64,000 bases of DNA, taken from an uncultured Pelagibacteraceae bacterium (lineage in GTDB: Bacteria > Pseudomonadota > Alphaproteobacteria > Pelagibacterales > Pelagibacteraceae). The DNA is taken from positions 426 through 64,425 of the forward strand of contig CABYYE010000004.1 in the NCBI GenBank assembly GCA_902523095.1, read 5' to 3'. A model generated the notes under the pieces. That model worked only from the letters and a program-made list of their open reading frames with translations, searched no databases and was not told where the DNA came from. Position 1 is the first letter of the stretch. Every line of letters begins with the position of its first letter. A program made the position numbers and the translations under genes. Below are positions 32,801 through 42,594 of the stretch, one piece after another.

Positions 32801-33252
32801 TCTTCAAAATATCTTAAATTATTTGAATAAAATAATTTTCCAAAAAAATTATTATAATTTCCTGTTAAAAGTATTAAGTCTTGATTATTTTCAATAAGGT
32901 CATCCAAATTGCAACTAGGTTCGTATGTGTCTTTTTTTTTAAGATAACTTAAAGAGGATAGTTTTGTTAAATTTTTGTAACCTGCTTCAGAAGTTGCATA
33001 AAGCGTAACTCTACCAATACATTTTTTTGTAAATAGATTAATTTGAGTACCAATAATTGGTTGAGTACCAACTTTGCTAATTTTTTCTGCAAATTCTAAG
33101 GCTCCACATAAATTAAGACTATCGGCTAAACCTATAGCTTTAATTTTATTATTTTTACAATAATTAGCTAAATCATCAATTTTTATAGCACCTTCACAAA
33201 TTGAATACTGAGTATGTATTTTGATATTATTAAATTCTTTATTATCAAGCAT
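29842..33252 (-). CDS. dnaE: DNA polymerase III alpha subunit
   Basis: GPGRGSGAGS, FERFLNPDR.SMPDFDID, HAAG, KFDLLGL, YGFNKSH; PHP metal ligands look degenerate. Confidence 0.98.
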   Translation of the reverse strand: MLDNKEFNNIKIHTQYSICEGAIKIDDLANYCKNNKIKAIGLADSLNLCGALEFAEKISKVGTQPIIGTQINLFTKKCIGRVTLYATSEAGYKNLTKLSSLSYLKKKDTYEPSCNLDDLIENNQDLILLTGNYNNFFGKLFYSNNLRYFEEIITKLNSIFNNRLYLEIQRHNEKKETNYENYLFKISSSLNIPLIAGQEVFYIEPKMFEAHDALVCIGEKNFVDDQNRFRYSDQHFLKKSEELKKLYNDIPEALENNFNFPLRFNYKPKKSKPILPSISNVQNITVEEELQNQAKKGLEERLSNFILKKKLKKSTDEIVKVYEDRLFHELKIINSMNYSSYFLIVSDYIKWAKKNSIPVGPGRGSGAGSLVAYCLDITDLDPIEFDLIFERFLNPDRISMPDFDIDFCEEQRDRVFEYLKSKYQDGVAHIITFGKLKARMALRDVGRVIGLSYGHVDKICKMIPFDPSRPLTLQESIDREPRFKEEIKNNKKVEKLINLSLKLEGLNRNMATHAAGVVIAGNRLAEQFPLYEDQSSNLILPSTQYDMYSSENAGLVKFDLLGLKTLTVIDKTLKRLRLKNKKLDISKINLEDEKVYNLLSTGETVGLFQLESTGMREAIKQMKPNKFDDIIALVALYRPGPMSNIPIYNDCKNGIKNPDYIHPTLEKILKPTYGIIIYQEQVMQIAQILAGFTAGEADILRRAMGKKKKAELDKQKERFINGAIKNGIKKDVANFVFTKIEPFAQYGFNKSHAAAYALIAYQTAYLKTHYKEDFIAATMSTELTNTSKLREFVEELKRLKIELIRPSINQCFAEFKAEKNKIYYGLGAIKNVGFEAVSNLIKERETNGNFKSISDFINRIDSKDVNKLQLEGLVKSGAFDELEIDRNKIIVSIPKMILQIKKNNDDKLSNQKSLFSENNINFNFEFEKAKKWTKKELLLEEFKSLGFYISDHPLSDYKEIFSQLKITSYDEFLKNSDAEALVAGTIMSIQEKKSVKGNPFAIIKFSDNKGEFELFLFSELLINNRDTIKESESFVLTLQKDRTILDISKRRINVKKISNLEEIIKKPYSKVTIELAENCNLIELKNLLSQKGNTKVSLIIHDNNKKVLFDLGNDRKFDFNQLKLIKNKEYVKKITV

Positions 33253-33928
33253 TAACTCGTTTTATATTACCCTTTAAAATACTCAACTTATAATCTGCCT
33301 TGTTAGCAAGTTCTCTATTATGAGTTGCAAAAATAATCGCTTTATTTAATTTTTTTAATTTTAGAAAGTATGAAAAAATTTCTTCTGAAGTTTTGTAGTC
33401 CAAATTTCCTGTTGGTTCATCTGCTAAAATTAAATCTGTTTCTGCTATTAATGCTCTAGCTATAGCAACTCTTTGTTGTTCTCCACCAGACAATTCATTT
33501 GGAAAATGATTCATCCTATCAAAAATTTTAACTTCTTTTAAAAATTTTTTTGCAGTTTCAATTGTTTTTTGTTTTTCCACCCCTTTAATAATTAAAGGCA
33601 TCATAACATTCTCTAGAGCTGTAAAGTCAGATAAAAGATTACTGTCCTGAAAAATAATTGAAATATTCTTGCGTCTAATTTGGTCTTTTTTTATATTAGA
33701 GAAATATTTGGTGTCACTTTCATTTAACAATATTTTTCCCTTGGTCGGATCATCTAGTAAACCCAATAAATGAAGAAAGGTTGACTTACCCGAGCCTGAT
33801 GGACCAGTTAATGCAACCAAGTCTCCACTATTTATTTTGATATTTACATTATTGAAAAGATTTATATTGTTGTTTTTATGCTTAAAAGATTTTTTTAAAT
33901 TTTTAGTTTCTAAAAGAGTTTTAGTCAT
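33245..33928 (-). CDS. lolD: Lipoprotein-releasing ABC transporter ATP-binding protein
   Basis: GPSGSGKST, LSGGEQQR, ADEPTGNLD, TH; follows lolC/E. Confidence 0.9.
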   Translation of the reverse strand: MTKTLLETKNLKKSFKHKNNNINLFNNVNIKINSGDLVALTGPSGSGKSTFLHLLGLLDDPTKGKILLNESDTKYFSNIKKDQIRRKNISIIFQDSNLLSDFTALENVMMPLIIKGVEKQKTIETAKKFLKEVKIFDRMNHFPNELSGGEQQRVAIARALIAETDLILADEPTGNLDYKTSEEIFSYFLKLKKLNKAIIFATHNRELANKADYKLSILKGNIKRVNA

Positions 33929-35153
33929 ACTTTAATCCTCTAAATGTTTTCATTTTTGATATAGTCATAGCAGGAAGATATGAAGCCAAAGATGTAATTA
34001 ATAGTGAAAATATAGTAATTAAAACTATTGAAGACAAACTAATCTCGCTAGGTAGTTTTTCTAAAAAATAAACATCAGATGGAAATATTTCAAAATTAAA
34101 AAGATTTGAAAGAATGATTCTAATTTTTTCTATATTTATAGCAAAAATTGTACCAAATACGATACCAGAGATAGTTGCAAGAAATCCAATAGTAAAACCA
34201 GTTAAGAAGAAAGATTTCTTTATAGATGTGTTGCTTAAACCTAGTGTTTTTAAAATAGCAATTTCTTTTGTTTTATTTTTAATAAGTATAGTTAAACCAG
34301 AAATTATGTTGAAAGCTGCAACTATTAATATTAATGTTAATATTATAAACATAACATTTCTTTCAACTTTTAAAGCACTAAAAAAAGTTTTGTTTAAATC
34401 AGTCCAAGTATATATAAAAAAATTAAGATTAATTTTTTGTATTTCTTTTTTAATTCTGTCTGCTTTTAATGGATCTTTTAAGTAGAGTTCTAAATTTTTA
34501 TCAGTCTCTAATTTATCAAATATTGATAAAGCATCTTCTATGTTCAAAAATACCAAATTTTGATCAAATTCAAAAAATCCAGTATTAAATATTCCTCCAA
34601 CAATCAATGTTTCTTGTTTTGGAATGCTTCCAAATGGAGTAGCAATAAAAGCAGAAGACATTAAATTTATTTTATCACCAACTTCTAAATCTAAATTATA
34701 AGCAAGTTCAACACCTATAAATGCTGTTTTTTTTTGTAATCTATTTAATGAACCAGCTGTTAGATCTTTATTCAAAAAGTTTAGACTTTTTTGATCTTTG
34801 TAATTCACTCCTTTAATTATAACACCTTTTGCATTTTCGTTTCCCACAACAATACCTTCGCCAGAGTAAACTTTTGAAATATCAATTATTTGATTATTTT
34901 TTTTTAATTTTTGTATAAAGTTATCACTAATTTCATAACCGTTTGAATTTATAGTGATATGAGGATTTAATCCTAAAATTTTTTTCGTTAAGTCAGTCTT
35001 AAAGCCATTCATTACTGACATAACAATTATCAAAATCGCTACTCCAAGCATAATACCTAAAAAAGAAAATGCAGAAATAACTTTTAAAAATCCATCTTTT
35101 TTTTTTGGACGTAAATTTCTTAGTGAAATTAATCTTTCAGCTTTTGTAAACAA
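33921..35153 (-). CDS. lolC: Lipoprotein-releasing ABC transporter permease (single LolC/E type)
   Basis: GI.LGVA.LIIVMSVMNGF, AAFNIIS, EIAILKTLG, Y.L..LP; TTG start. Confidence 0.92.
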   Translation of the reverse strand: MFTKAERLISLRNLRPKKKDGFLKVISAFSFLGIMLGVAILIIVMSVMNGFKTDLTKKILGLNPHITINSNGYEISDNFIQKLKKNNQIIDISKVYSGEGIVVGNENAKGVIIKGVNYKDQKSLNFLNKDLTAGSLNRLQKKTAFIGVELAYNLDLEVGDKINLMSSAFIATPFGSIPKQETLIVGGIFNTGFFEFDQNLVFLNIEDALSIFDKLETDKNLELYLKDPLKADRIKKEIQKINLNFFIYTWTDLNKTFFSALKVERNVMFIILTLILIVAAFNIISGLTILIKNKTKEIAILKTLGLSNTSIKKSFFLTGFTIGFLATISGIVFGTIFAINIEKIRIILSNLFNFEIFPSDVYFLEKLPSEISLSSIVLITIFSLLITSLASYLPAMTISKMKTFRGLKYD

Positions 35154-35154
35154 T

Positions 35155-36471
35155 TTAATCTTTTTTAAGTTTCAATTTAATAGCTTCCAAACTTAGTATT
35201 TCAATTTTTGAATTTAATTCTTTAAACTCAAATTTGTCTTTTTCTGACTTTGAACCTAAGATTATCTGATATGGAATACCTATCAAATCGTGTTTTTTAA
35301 ATTTATTAGACATATTTTCATCTACATCGTCTAACAATACGTCAATATTTTGTTTTTTTAGATCTTTATAAATTTTTTCAGCTTTTTCTAAATTTTCAGT
35401 ATTGTTTTTACTTAAATTAGGAATAATAACTACGTCAAAGGGTGAAATTGATTTTGGCCATTTCATAACTTCACTATTGTAATTTGCTTCTATAGTAGCC
35501 CCAACAAGTCTTGAAATTCCTATGCCATAAGACCCCATTTTCACAGCTATTTTTTTTCCATCTTTTGAGTCGATTAAGCCGTTAAGAGGTTTAGAGTATT
35601 TATCTCCGAAATAAAAAATATGACCAACTTCGATTCCCTTAGTTTTAATTTGATTTGCTTTTTTTACTCTTTCGTTAAACATTTTCTCATTATATTTTTC
35701 ATCTGTTACAGCGTATATAGAACTAAAATCTTCTCTCATTTTTTGAAGAGATTCATTATCAAAATTGTACTTTTTAAAATCAATTTCAAAAATCTTTTTA
35801 TCCGCATAAATTTGGCTTTCCCCTGTATCAGCTAAAATTATAAATTCATGTGACAAATCTCCACCGATCGGCCCTGTATCTGCTGACATTGGAATTGCTT
35901 TGAGCCCAAGCCTATTAAAAGTTTTAATATAAGAATAAAACATCTTATTGTAGGATTTTTTTGCATCTTCGTCGCTTAAGTCAAATGAATAAGCATCTTT
36001 CATAAAAAATTCTCTGCACCTCATTACACCAAATCTTGGTCTGATTTCGTCTCTAAATTTCCATTGAATATGATAAAGGATTTGAGGTAAAGATTTGTAT
36101 GATTTAACACTTGATCTAAATATATCTGTAACCAGTTCCTCGTTAGTGGGGCCGTAAAGCATCTCACGCCCCTGACGATCTTTGATACGAAGCATTTCCT
36201 CTCCATAATCATCGTATCTTCCACTTTCCTTCCATATATCTGCGGACTGTATAGTTGGCATCAGCATTTCTTGTGCACCAATTCTATTTTGTTCTTCTCT
36301 AACGATTTGCTCAATTTTTTTCATTATTTTAAACCCCAATGGTAGCCAAGAATAAATTCCTGCTGAAGATTGTTTTATCATTCCTGCACGAAGCATTAAT
36401 TGATGAGACTTTATTTTAGCATCTGTTGGAAGATTTCTTGTAATTGGGACAAAAAATTTTGATAAGTACAT
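35155..36471 (-). CDS. proS: Proline--tRNA ligase (short alphaproteobacterial type, no insertion editing domain)
   Basis: SHQLMLRAG, GPTNEE, KFRDEIRPRFG, MKDAYSF, GIEVGHIF, MGSYGIG. Confidence 0.97.
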   Translation of the reverse strand: MYLSKFFVPITRNLPTDAKIKSHQLMLRAGMIKQSSAGIYSWLPLGFKIMKKIEQIVREEQNRIGAQEMLMPTIQSADIWKESGRYDDYGEEMLRIKDRQGREMLYGPTNEELVTDIFRSSVKSYKSLPQILYHIQWKFRDEIRPRFGVMRCREFFMKDAYSFDLSDEDAKKSYNKMFYSYIKTFNRLGLKAIPMSADTGPIGGDLSHEFIILADTGESQIYADKKIFEIDFKKYNFDNESLQKMREDFSSIYAVTDEKYNEKMFNERVKKANQIKTKGIEVGHIFYFGDKYSKPLNGLIDSKDGKKIAVKMGSYGIGISRLVGATIEANYNSEVMKWPKSISPFDVVIIPNLSKNNTENLEKAEKIYKDLKKQNIDVLLDDVDENMSNKFKKHDLIGIPYQIILGSKSEKDKFEFKELNSKIEILSLEAIKLKLKKD

Positions 36472-36728
36472 TATTGTAAAAAATTCCTTAAATTTAAGAG
36501 ATTACTTTCTACTAAATAATATATCACAATAAATAATATTGAAGTAATTATAGTTGTTATTAAAAATTTTTTGCCTATTTTCGGGTTTTTTGGGGCACCT
36601 GGATCAAATCCTTCTATGCTGTCTTTAAAGACTTCTTTATTTGACTGTATGCCAACAGGCAAAACAGAAAAAAATACAATCCACCAAATCATTACATATA
36701 CGATTATTGAACCCGTGATGCCCATCAA
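36471..36728 (-). CDS. DUF1467 family membrane protein
   Basis: IWWIVFFSVLP.G, G.DPGAP..P; usual position upstream of proS. Confidence 0.85.
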   Translation of the reverse strand: MMGITGSIIVYVMIWWIVFFSVLPVGIQSNKEVFKDSIEGFDPGAPKNPKIGKKFLITTIITSILFIVIYYLVESNLLNLRNFLQ

Positions 36729-38386
36729 ATTCTAGCTATATTAATATTGGTAAATGGTTTTTTGCCTGTTTTTTCTCTTACTATTCTTCTACAATTTTGC
36801 TTTATTGTTTCAATTAAATTTTTTTCTTGATTTTTACTTTGCAAAGAAAAAGTTTTACATATACTAAATATTTCATCTTCCATATCAAAAATAAAATTTT
36901 CAGCATCACTATCTTCAGGTATACCTTTGAATGAGATAACTGGTTTTTTAATATTTCCATTATTAGATACAATTAAAGTAATTTCTAGATATCCATTAAT
37001 TGATATATTTTTTCTATCTTTAATTGATTTTGAATCTACATCCACATTTAAATTTCCATCCAAATATAGTCTACCTGATGGTGCTTTATCAACTATACTA
37101 GGTTCTTTGCCTGGTAAAAGTTTTATAATATCTCCATTTTCAATTAAAAGTGTTTTAGGAACTTGCATCTCTTTTGCAAAACTTACATGTTCTTTCATGT
37201 GTCTATGTTCACCATGAACAGGGATAATGCATTTAGGCTTCACCCAGGAATACATATCTTTGAGATCATCTCTATTTGGATGGCCAGAAACATGTACAAA
37301 TGCATTTTCTTCAGTAATTATTTCAATATTATTTTTGACAATTAAATTTTGTAGTTGATATAATTTTTTTTCATTACCAGGAATAATTTTTGAAGAAAAA
37401 ATTACACAGTCATTTTCTTCAATAAAAACTTCCGGATGAATACCATTAACAATTCTATTCATTGCTCCCATCGGTTCTCCTTGACTTCCCGTAGCTAAGT
37501 ATAAAATCTTGTTTTTAGAAATTTTACCAGCATCTCTAGGATCTATGGGCTCTAACAAATTACCTAAATAACCACATTTTTTGGCTGCCTTGTAAATTCT
37601 CTGCATTGACCGACCGACCAAACATATTGATCTTCCTGTTTTCTTTGCGCAATAAAAAATTGACTCCATTCTAGCAACGTTAGAGGCAAATGATGTTACT
37701 AGTATTTTATTTGATTTGTTTTCCATTATTTGAAGCAAACTTTTTCTAACATCTAATTCTGATCCTGCTCTACCAGGGCTAAACACATTGGTAGAGTCAC
37801 AAATCATTGTTGAGACCCCCTTTTTACCAATTTCTTTAAGTTTTTTTTCGTCTATATTTCCTCCTATTAATGGATTTGGATCTATTTTCCAATCACCGGT
37901 ATGTAGTATGGTACCTAAAGGTGTAGAAATACTTAATCCGTTAGGTTCAAGTATCGAGTGTGTCAAAGTTACGAAGTCAATTTCAAAATTATCTAATTTG
38001 ATTTTAGTATTTAAAGGAACAATATTTAGATACTTGGAGATATCTATTTTTTTTTCTTTAAATTTTTCTTGAATTAATACCGCTGTAAAAGGGGTTGCAT
38101 AAATTTTACATTTTAACTTAGGCCAAATATGTGAAACTGATCCAATATGATCCTCGTGAGCGTGAGTTAAAATAATACCTAATAAATCCTCTTTTTTATC
38201 AATAATGAATCCTGGGTCTGGAAAAATCAAGTCTACCCCAGGAATTGAGTCATCTGCAAAGGTAACACCCATATCTACCACTATCCATTTTCTATTTTCT
38301 TCATTTCCATAAGCATACAGATTCATATTCATACCTATTTCACCTGAACCACCTAATGGACAGAAAATTAACTCATCTTTCTTCAT
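36725..38386 (-). CDS. rnj: Ribonuclease J
   Basis: PLGG.GEIGMN, THAHEDHIG, HTGDWK, CDSTN, GSQGE, HVSGH, PVHGE. Confidence 0.95.
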   Translation of the reverse strand: MKKDELIFCPLGGSGEIGMNMNLYAYGNEENRKWIVVDMGVTFADDSIPGVDLIFPDPGFIIDKKEDLLGIILTHAHEDHIGSVSHIWPKLKCKIYATPFTAVLIQEKFKEKKIDISKYLNIVPLNTKIKLDNFEIDFVTLTHSILEPNGLSISTPLGTILHTGDWKIDPNPLIGGNIDEKKLKEIGKKGVSTMICDSTNVFSPGRAGSELDVRKSLLQIMENKSNKILVTSFASNVARMESIFYCAKKTGRSICLVGRSMQRIYKAAKKCGYLGNLLEPIDPRDAGKISKNKILYLATGSQGEPMGAMNRIVNGIHPEVFIEENDCVIFSSKIIPGNEKKLYQLQNLIVKNNIEIITEENAFVHVSGHPNRDDLKDMYSWVKPKCIIPVHGEHRHMKEHVSFAKEMQVPKTLLIENGDIIKLLPGKEPSIVDKAPSGRLYLDGNLNVDVDSKSIKDRKNISINGYLEITLIVSNNGNIKKPVISFKGIPEDSDAENFIFDMEDEIFSICKTFSLQSKNQEKNLIETIKQNCRRIVREKTGKKPFTNINIARI

Positions 38387-39129
38387 AATAATTTATTATA
38401 TGTTTTTGCAATTCCTTTAATCGTAATATCCTGATCAATAATAGTTTTTTCCTTAATATATCTTTTAAATAACTTTGCAAATCCCCCAGTCAAAATAATT
38501 GTATATTTTAATTTAGTTTTTGAAGATATCTTTTTAATTATATTATTGATTAGTCCTTCATAACCCCAAAGAAAACCTGCGTTAAGGGCCTCTTGAGTGT
38601 TTTTTCCATAATTTTTTTGTATTTTCTTTAATTTTGTTATGGGCAGCATTGCTGTAGATTTATGCAAATTTATTATGGATTGATTAATGCCTGGACAAAT
38701 CACGCCACCTTCATAAACTCCATTTTTAACTATATCAAAGGTAGTCGCAGTCCCAAAATCAATTATTATACTATTTCTATATTTTAATGAGCCAATTGAA
38801 TTTGAAATTCTATCAGATCCCAATTGGTAGTAATTCTTGATATTTATCTTAAGAATTTTTTTAATCTCAAGTTCTTTCATCTCAAAAACTTTAAATCCTC
38901 TAAGAGTAAAATTTTTTTTTAATATTTTGAAAACTTGAGGGACAACACTTGAAAATAATACTTGTTTATCATATCTGTTTGTAGATATTTTTTTTAAAAA
39001 TTTTTTATCAATTTTTTCGCGAAAAAATTTTTTTGTCTCCAAATTTAACACTTTAACAATTTTAAAATTTTTATTTAAAATAGAAATTTTGATTAAAGTA
39101 TTTCCTATGTCACCAATTATATAATTCAT
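38383..39129 (-). CDS. coaX: Type III pantothenate kinase
   Basis: DIGNT, SSVVP, LGSDR, IDFGTATTFD, GG.I.PG, TGG; start at the ATG overlapping the birA stop. Confidence 0.93.
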   Translation of the reverse strand: MNYIIGDIGNTLIKISILNKNFKIVKVLNLETKKFFREKIDKKFLKKISTNRYDKQVLFSSVVPQVFKILKKNFTLRGFKVFEMKELEIKKILKINIKNYYQLGSDRISNSIGSLKYRNSIIIDFGTATTFDIVKNGVYEGGVICPGINQSIINLHKSTAMLPITKLKKIQKNYGKNTQEALNAGFLWGYEGLINNIIKKISSKTKLKYTIILTGGFAKLFKRYIKEKTIIDQDITIKGIAKTYNKLL

Positions 39130-39689
39130 TTGATATTTCTTATCCAACTAGTAAAATTTACCTTTTCTTTATTAAATATAAGTTTTTTATATATATTTTT
39201 AATATCCTTCAATATCTTATCATTATCCACTTTTTTATTTGTATGCTTAGCAAGGTGAGTAGTTTTAGAATTGATAATTGCAGGAGAAGATTGGGTGTTT
39301 ACTCCTATCCCTATTATTAAAAAATTTTTTTTCTTATGTTCAATTGTTTCTTGTAAAATTCCACAAACCTTTTTTTTTTCGATTAGTAAATCGTTAGGCC
39401 ATTTTATCTTGATCTTTTTTTTTATATACTTGCTTAAAATTTTTCTTAATATATAAGCATTTAAAACTGCATATCTTTGAAAATTTAGCTTTTTGGGATT
39501 AAATTCAAAAAAAATTGAAATAAATAAATTGCCCTTTTTTGAAATCCAAGTTTTACCTCTTGTTCCCCTACCTTTTGTTTGCTTTTTAGAAATTATAATT
39601 GTTGGTTGTTGTAAATCATCTTTAATTAAGTTAAGTGCCTTATTATTTGTACTATTGACGCTTCTAAATTTTATCATTCTTACTCTCAT
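39126..39689 (-). CDS. birA: Biotin--protein ligase, minimal catalytic domain only
   Basis: STN, QT.GRG(T)RG..W, KWPND, K..GIL, GIGVN; nuoN-birA-coaX order. Confidence 0.9.
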   Translation of the reverse strand: MRVRMIKFRSVNSTNNKALNLIKDDLQQPTIIISKKQTKGRGTRGKTWISKKGNLFISIFFEFNPKKLNFQRYAVLNAYILRKILSKYIKKKIKIKWPNDLLIEKKKVCGILQETIEHKKKNFLIIGIGVNTQSSPAIINSKTTHLAKHTNKKVDNDKILKDIKNIYKKLIFNKEKVNFTSWIRNIK

Positions 39690-41104
39690 TGTCCTGCAAA
39701 CAAAGAGTTGACCAATTTATTTAACACAGATGGGTATAAAAAAAACGTTATCAATACGCTGCAACTAATTAAGATAGTTGTTTGAGCTAATTTATTTTTT
39801 ACGACGTCGTATGTTATTATACTGTCATCAAAATACATTGTTTTAATAATTCTTAAATAATAAAATGCAGATATCACAGTAGTAAGTAGACCAATTATTG
39901 CTAGAGCATACATTTTTTGTTCAAGCACAGAAGAAAAAACGTAAAATTTTGCAAAAAAACCTCCAAGTGGGGGTATTCCGGCTAATGAAAACAAGATTAT
40001 AAGCAATGAAATTGACAGCAATGGATGTTTTTTTGAAATTCCTGAAAGGTCTGAAATATTCTCCCTATACTTTCCGTCTTTTTTCATTAAATAAAGACAA
40101 GAAAATGCTCCAACATTCATAACTACATAAATTGTTATATATATTATAGAACTTTCATACCCTGATACTACTCCCGTGGCTACACCAGCTAGAGCATATC
40201 CAATATGTCCAATAGAACTATAAGCTAATAGTCTTTTCACATTTTTTTGAACAATAGCTGCAAGAGCGCCCAATATCATTGAAGCTATTGAAATAAAAAT
40301 AATAATGCTTTGCCATTCTAATAAAATACTTGAGAATGGAATAAACATAAATTTGATAAATAACGCTAATCCAGTAACTTTTGGAACGACTGCAAAAAAA
40401 CTTGTTATAGAAGTTGGAGCACCTTCATATACATCAGGCGTCCACATATGAAAAGGTACAGCAGATATTTTGAAAGCTAATCCTACTAGTATAAAAACCA
40501 TTGCAAATATCGCGCCTGTATTCTCTTTATTTAGACTATTAGAAATCAAATCAAAATTAGTAGATCCAGTAAAACCATATAATAAAGAACATCCATATAA
40601 AAGTAATCCAGATGATAAAGCGCTTAAGATAAAATATTTAATTCCTGACTCTGAAGATTTCAAATTATCTCTATCAATAGATGCTAAGATATAAAGTGAT
40701 AGTGACTGTAATTCTAATCCCAAATAAAATAAGATTAAATCGTTAGAACTCAACATAAAAAACATTCCCAAAATTGAAATAAGAACTATTATTGGGTATT
40801 CAAATTTGTTGATATTTCTATCAATAATAAAATTTTTTGAAGAATTCAGAACAAATAAACTAGCGATAAGAATTAAAATTTTAAAAAAATTTGAGAAAGA
40901 ATCTCTAATAAAACTATCTAAAAAAATCTTAACAGTTTTATCAGAAACATTTAAAATTATTATAATAGAAATTATTATAATAAATGATGTTAAATTAAAA
41001 ACTAGATTAAAACTTTTTTTAGTAAATACACCAATCATTAAGATGGTAAAAATTGAGAGCGTCAAAAAAATTTCAGGTAATAAAATGTTTAAATTATTAA
41101 TCAT
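39686..41104 (-). CDS. nuoN: NADH-quinone oxidoreductase subunit N
   Basis: LELQSL, KYF, FK.SAVPFHMW.PDVYEGAP, KRLLAYSSI.H. Confidence 0.96.
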   Translation of the reverse strand: MINNLNILLPEIFLTLSIFTILMIGVFTKKSFNLVFNLTSFIIIISIIIILNVSDKTVKIFLDSFIRDSFSNFFKILILIASLFVLNSSKNFIIDRNINKFEYPIIVLISILGMFFMLSSNDLILFYLGLELQSLSLYILASIDRDNLKSSESGIKYFILSALSSGLLLYGCSLLYGFTGSTNFDLISNSLNKENTGAIFAMVFILVGLAFKISAVPFHMWTPDVYEGAPTSITSFFAVVPKVTGLALFIKFMFIPFSSILLEWQSIIIFISIASMILGALAAIVQKNVKRLLAYSSIGHIGYALAGVATGVVSGYESSIIYITIYVVMNVGAFSCLYLMKKDGKYRENISDLSGISKKHPLLSISLLIILFSLAGIPPLGGFFAKFYVFSSVLEQKMYALAIIGLLTTVISAFYYLRIIKTMYFDDSIITYDVVKNKLAQTTILISCSVLITFFLYPSVLNKLVNSLFAGQ

Positions 41105-42593
41105 TACTAACTACTTTGATATTATTTAAAGATTGTTCATAATTCATTAAAAGATTATTAACAGATACATCTAGCGTCTCAATTAACGGAGCTGGGTAAA
41201 AACCAAAAAAAATCACCAAAGAGGCTAAAGTAGTTAACATAAAAATTTCTAATTTATTAGTGTCTTTAAAATTTTTAATTTTTTCATTAGTTATTTCGCC
41301 AAAAATTACTCTCTTCGTTAACCAAAGCATATAACCTGCACCTAAAATAACACCGATAGTAGCTAACATAGCAACAATATAATTTTTCTGAAAACTTCCT
41401 GTAAGAACCAAAAATTCTCCTAGAAAACCGGTAGTCCCTGGCAAACCTAAAGCAGCTAAAGCAAAAACAACAAATAAAAATGAGTATTTTGGTAAATAAT
41501 TAACTAATCCACCATAAGAACTTATCAGTCTAGAATGTAATCTGTCATAAACAACACCTACACACAAAAATAAAGCAGCAGAAATTAATCCGTGACTAAT
41601 CATTTGAAAAATACTTCCCTCCACACCTTGTTTCGTAAAAGTAAAAATACCTAAAGTAACGTAGCCCATATGTGCAACAGATGAATATGCGATCAATTTT
41701 TTCATATCTTCCTGCATTAGAGCCACAAGTGAGGTATAAATTATAGCTATAATACTTAATGTATAAATTAGTGGAGTAAAAAATTCTGAAGCAACAGGGA
41801 ATAATGGTATAGAAAATCTTAAAAAACCATAACCTGCCATTTTTAATAATATTGCTGCTAAAATAACTGATCCAGCAGTAGGAGCTTCAACATGTGCATC
41901 TGGTAACCATGTATGAACAGGCCACATAGGCGTTTTTACAGCAAAGGAGCTGAAAAAAGCTAACCATAATAAATTTTGATATTCCTTTGGAATTTTAATT
42001 TCGTAAATTTGCGTAATGTCTGTAGTACCTGTTAGCCAATAAATAACTATAATTGCAACAAGCATCAACACAGATCCTAATAATGTAAATAGAAAAAATT
42101 TAAAAGCTGAGTACACACGTTTTGGTCCACCCCAAACACCTATAATCAAAAACATAGGTATTAATCCTGCTTCAAAAAATAAGTAGAATATTACTAAATC
42201 TAAAGAACAAAACACTCCAATCATAAAAGTTTCTAAAATTAAGATTGCAATTAGAAATTCTTTAATTCTTTCTTTAACACTATTAATACAAGAAATTATA
42301 CATATAGGAGTTATTAAGGTTGTTAATACTATAAAAAGTATTGATATTCCATCAACTCCTAATTTGAATTTTATATAATCATTAACCCATGATTTTTCTT
42401 CTATAAACTGAAATTCAGGAGAACTTAGATCCAATGAATACCAAACAAACAAAGATAAAACAAAAGTAGCAATGCTAGAAAAAAGTGAAATATAAGTTGC
42501 GCTACTATTATTTTTTTGTTCCTTAGATAAAAAAATAAAAAGGGCACTTACCATTGGTAAAAAAATTAGGGTTGATAGTATTGGAAAATTCAT
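41097..42593 (-). CDS. nuoM: NADH-quinone oxidoreductase subunit M
   Basis: FFE..LIPM, HTWLPDAHVEAPT, KKLIAYSSVAHMG. Confidence 0.97.
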   Translation of the reverse strand: MNFPILSTLIFLPMVSALFIFLSKEQKNNSSATYISLFSSIATFVLSLFVWYSLDLSSPEFQFIEEKSWVNDYIKFKLGVDGISILFIVLTTLITPICIISCINSVKERIKEFLIAILILETFMIGVFCSLDLVIFYLFFEAGLIPMFLIIGVWGGPKRVYSAFKFFLFTLLGSVLMLVAIIVIYWLTGTTDITQIYEIKIPKEYQNLLWLAFFSSFAVKTPMWPVHTWLPDAHVEAPTAGSVILAAILLKMAGYGFLRFSIPLFPVASEFFTPLIYTLSIIAIIYTSLVALMQEDMKKLIAYSSVAHMGYVTLGIFTFTKQGVEGSIFQMISHGLISAALFLCVGVVYDRLHSRLISSYGGLVNYLPKYSFLFVVFALAALGLPGTTGFLGEFLVLTGSFQKNYIVAMLATIGVILGAGYMLWLTKRVIFGEITNEKIKNFKDTNKLEIFMLTTLASLVIFFGFYPAPLIETLDVSVNNLLMNYEQSLNNIKVVSND

Positions 42594-42594
42594 T

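Noticed and set aside
32900-33252. Degenerate PHP metal ligands in DnaE
   Set aside because: Common in proteobacterial DnaE proteins that rely on DnaQ for proofreading; not novel.
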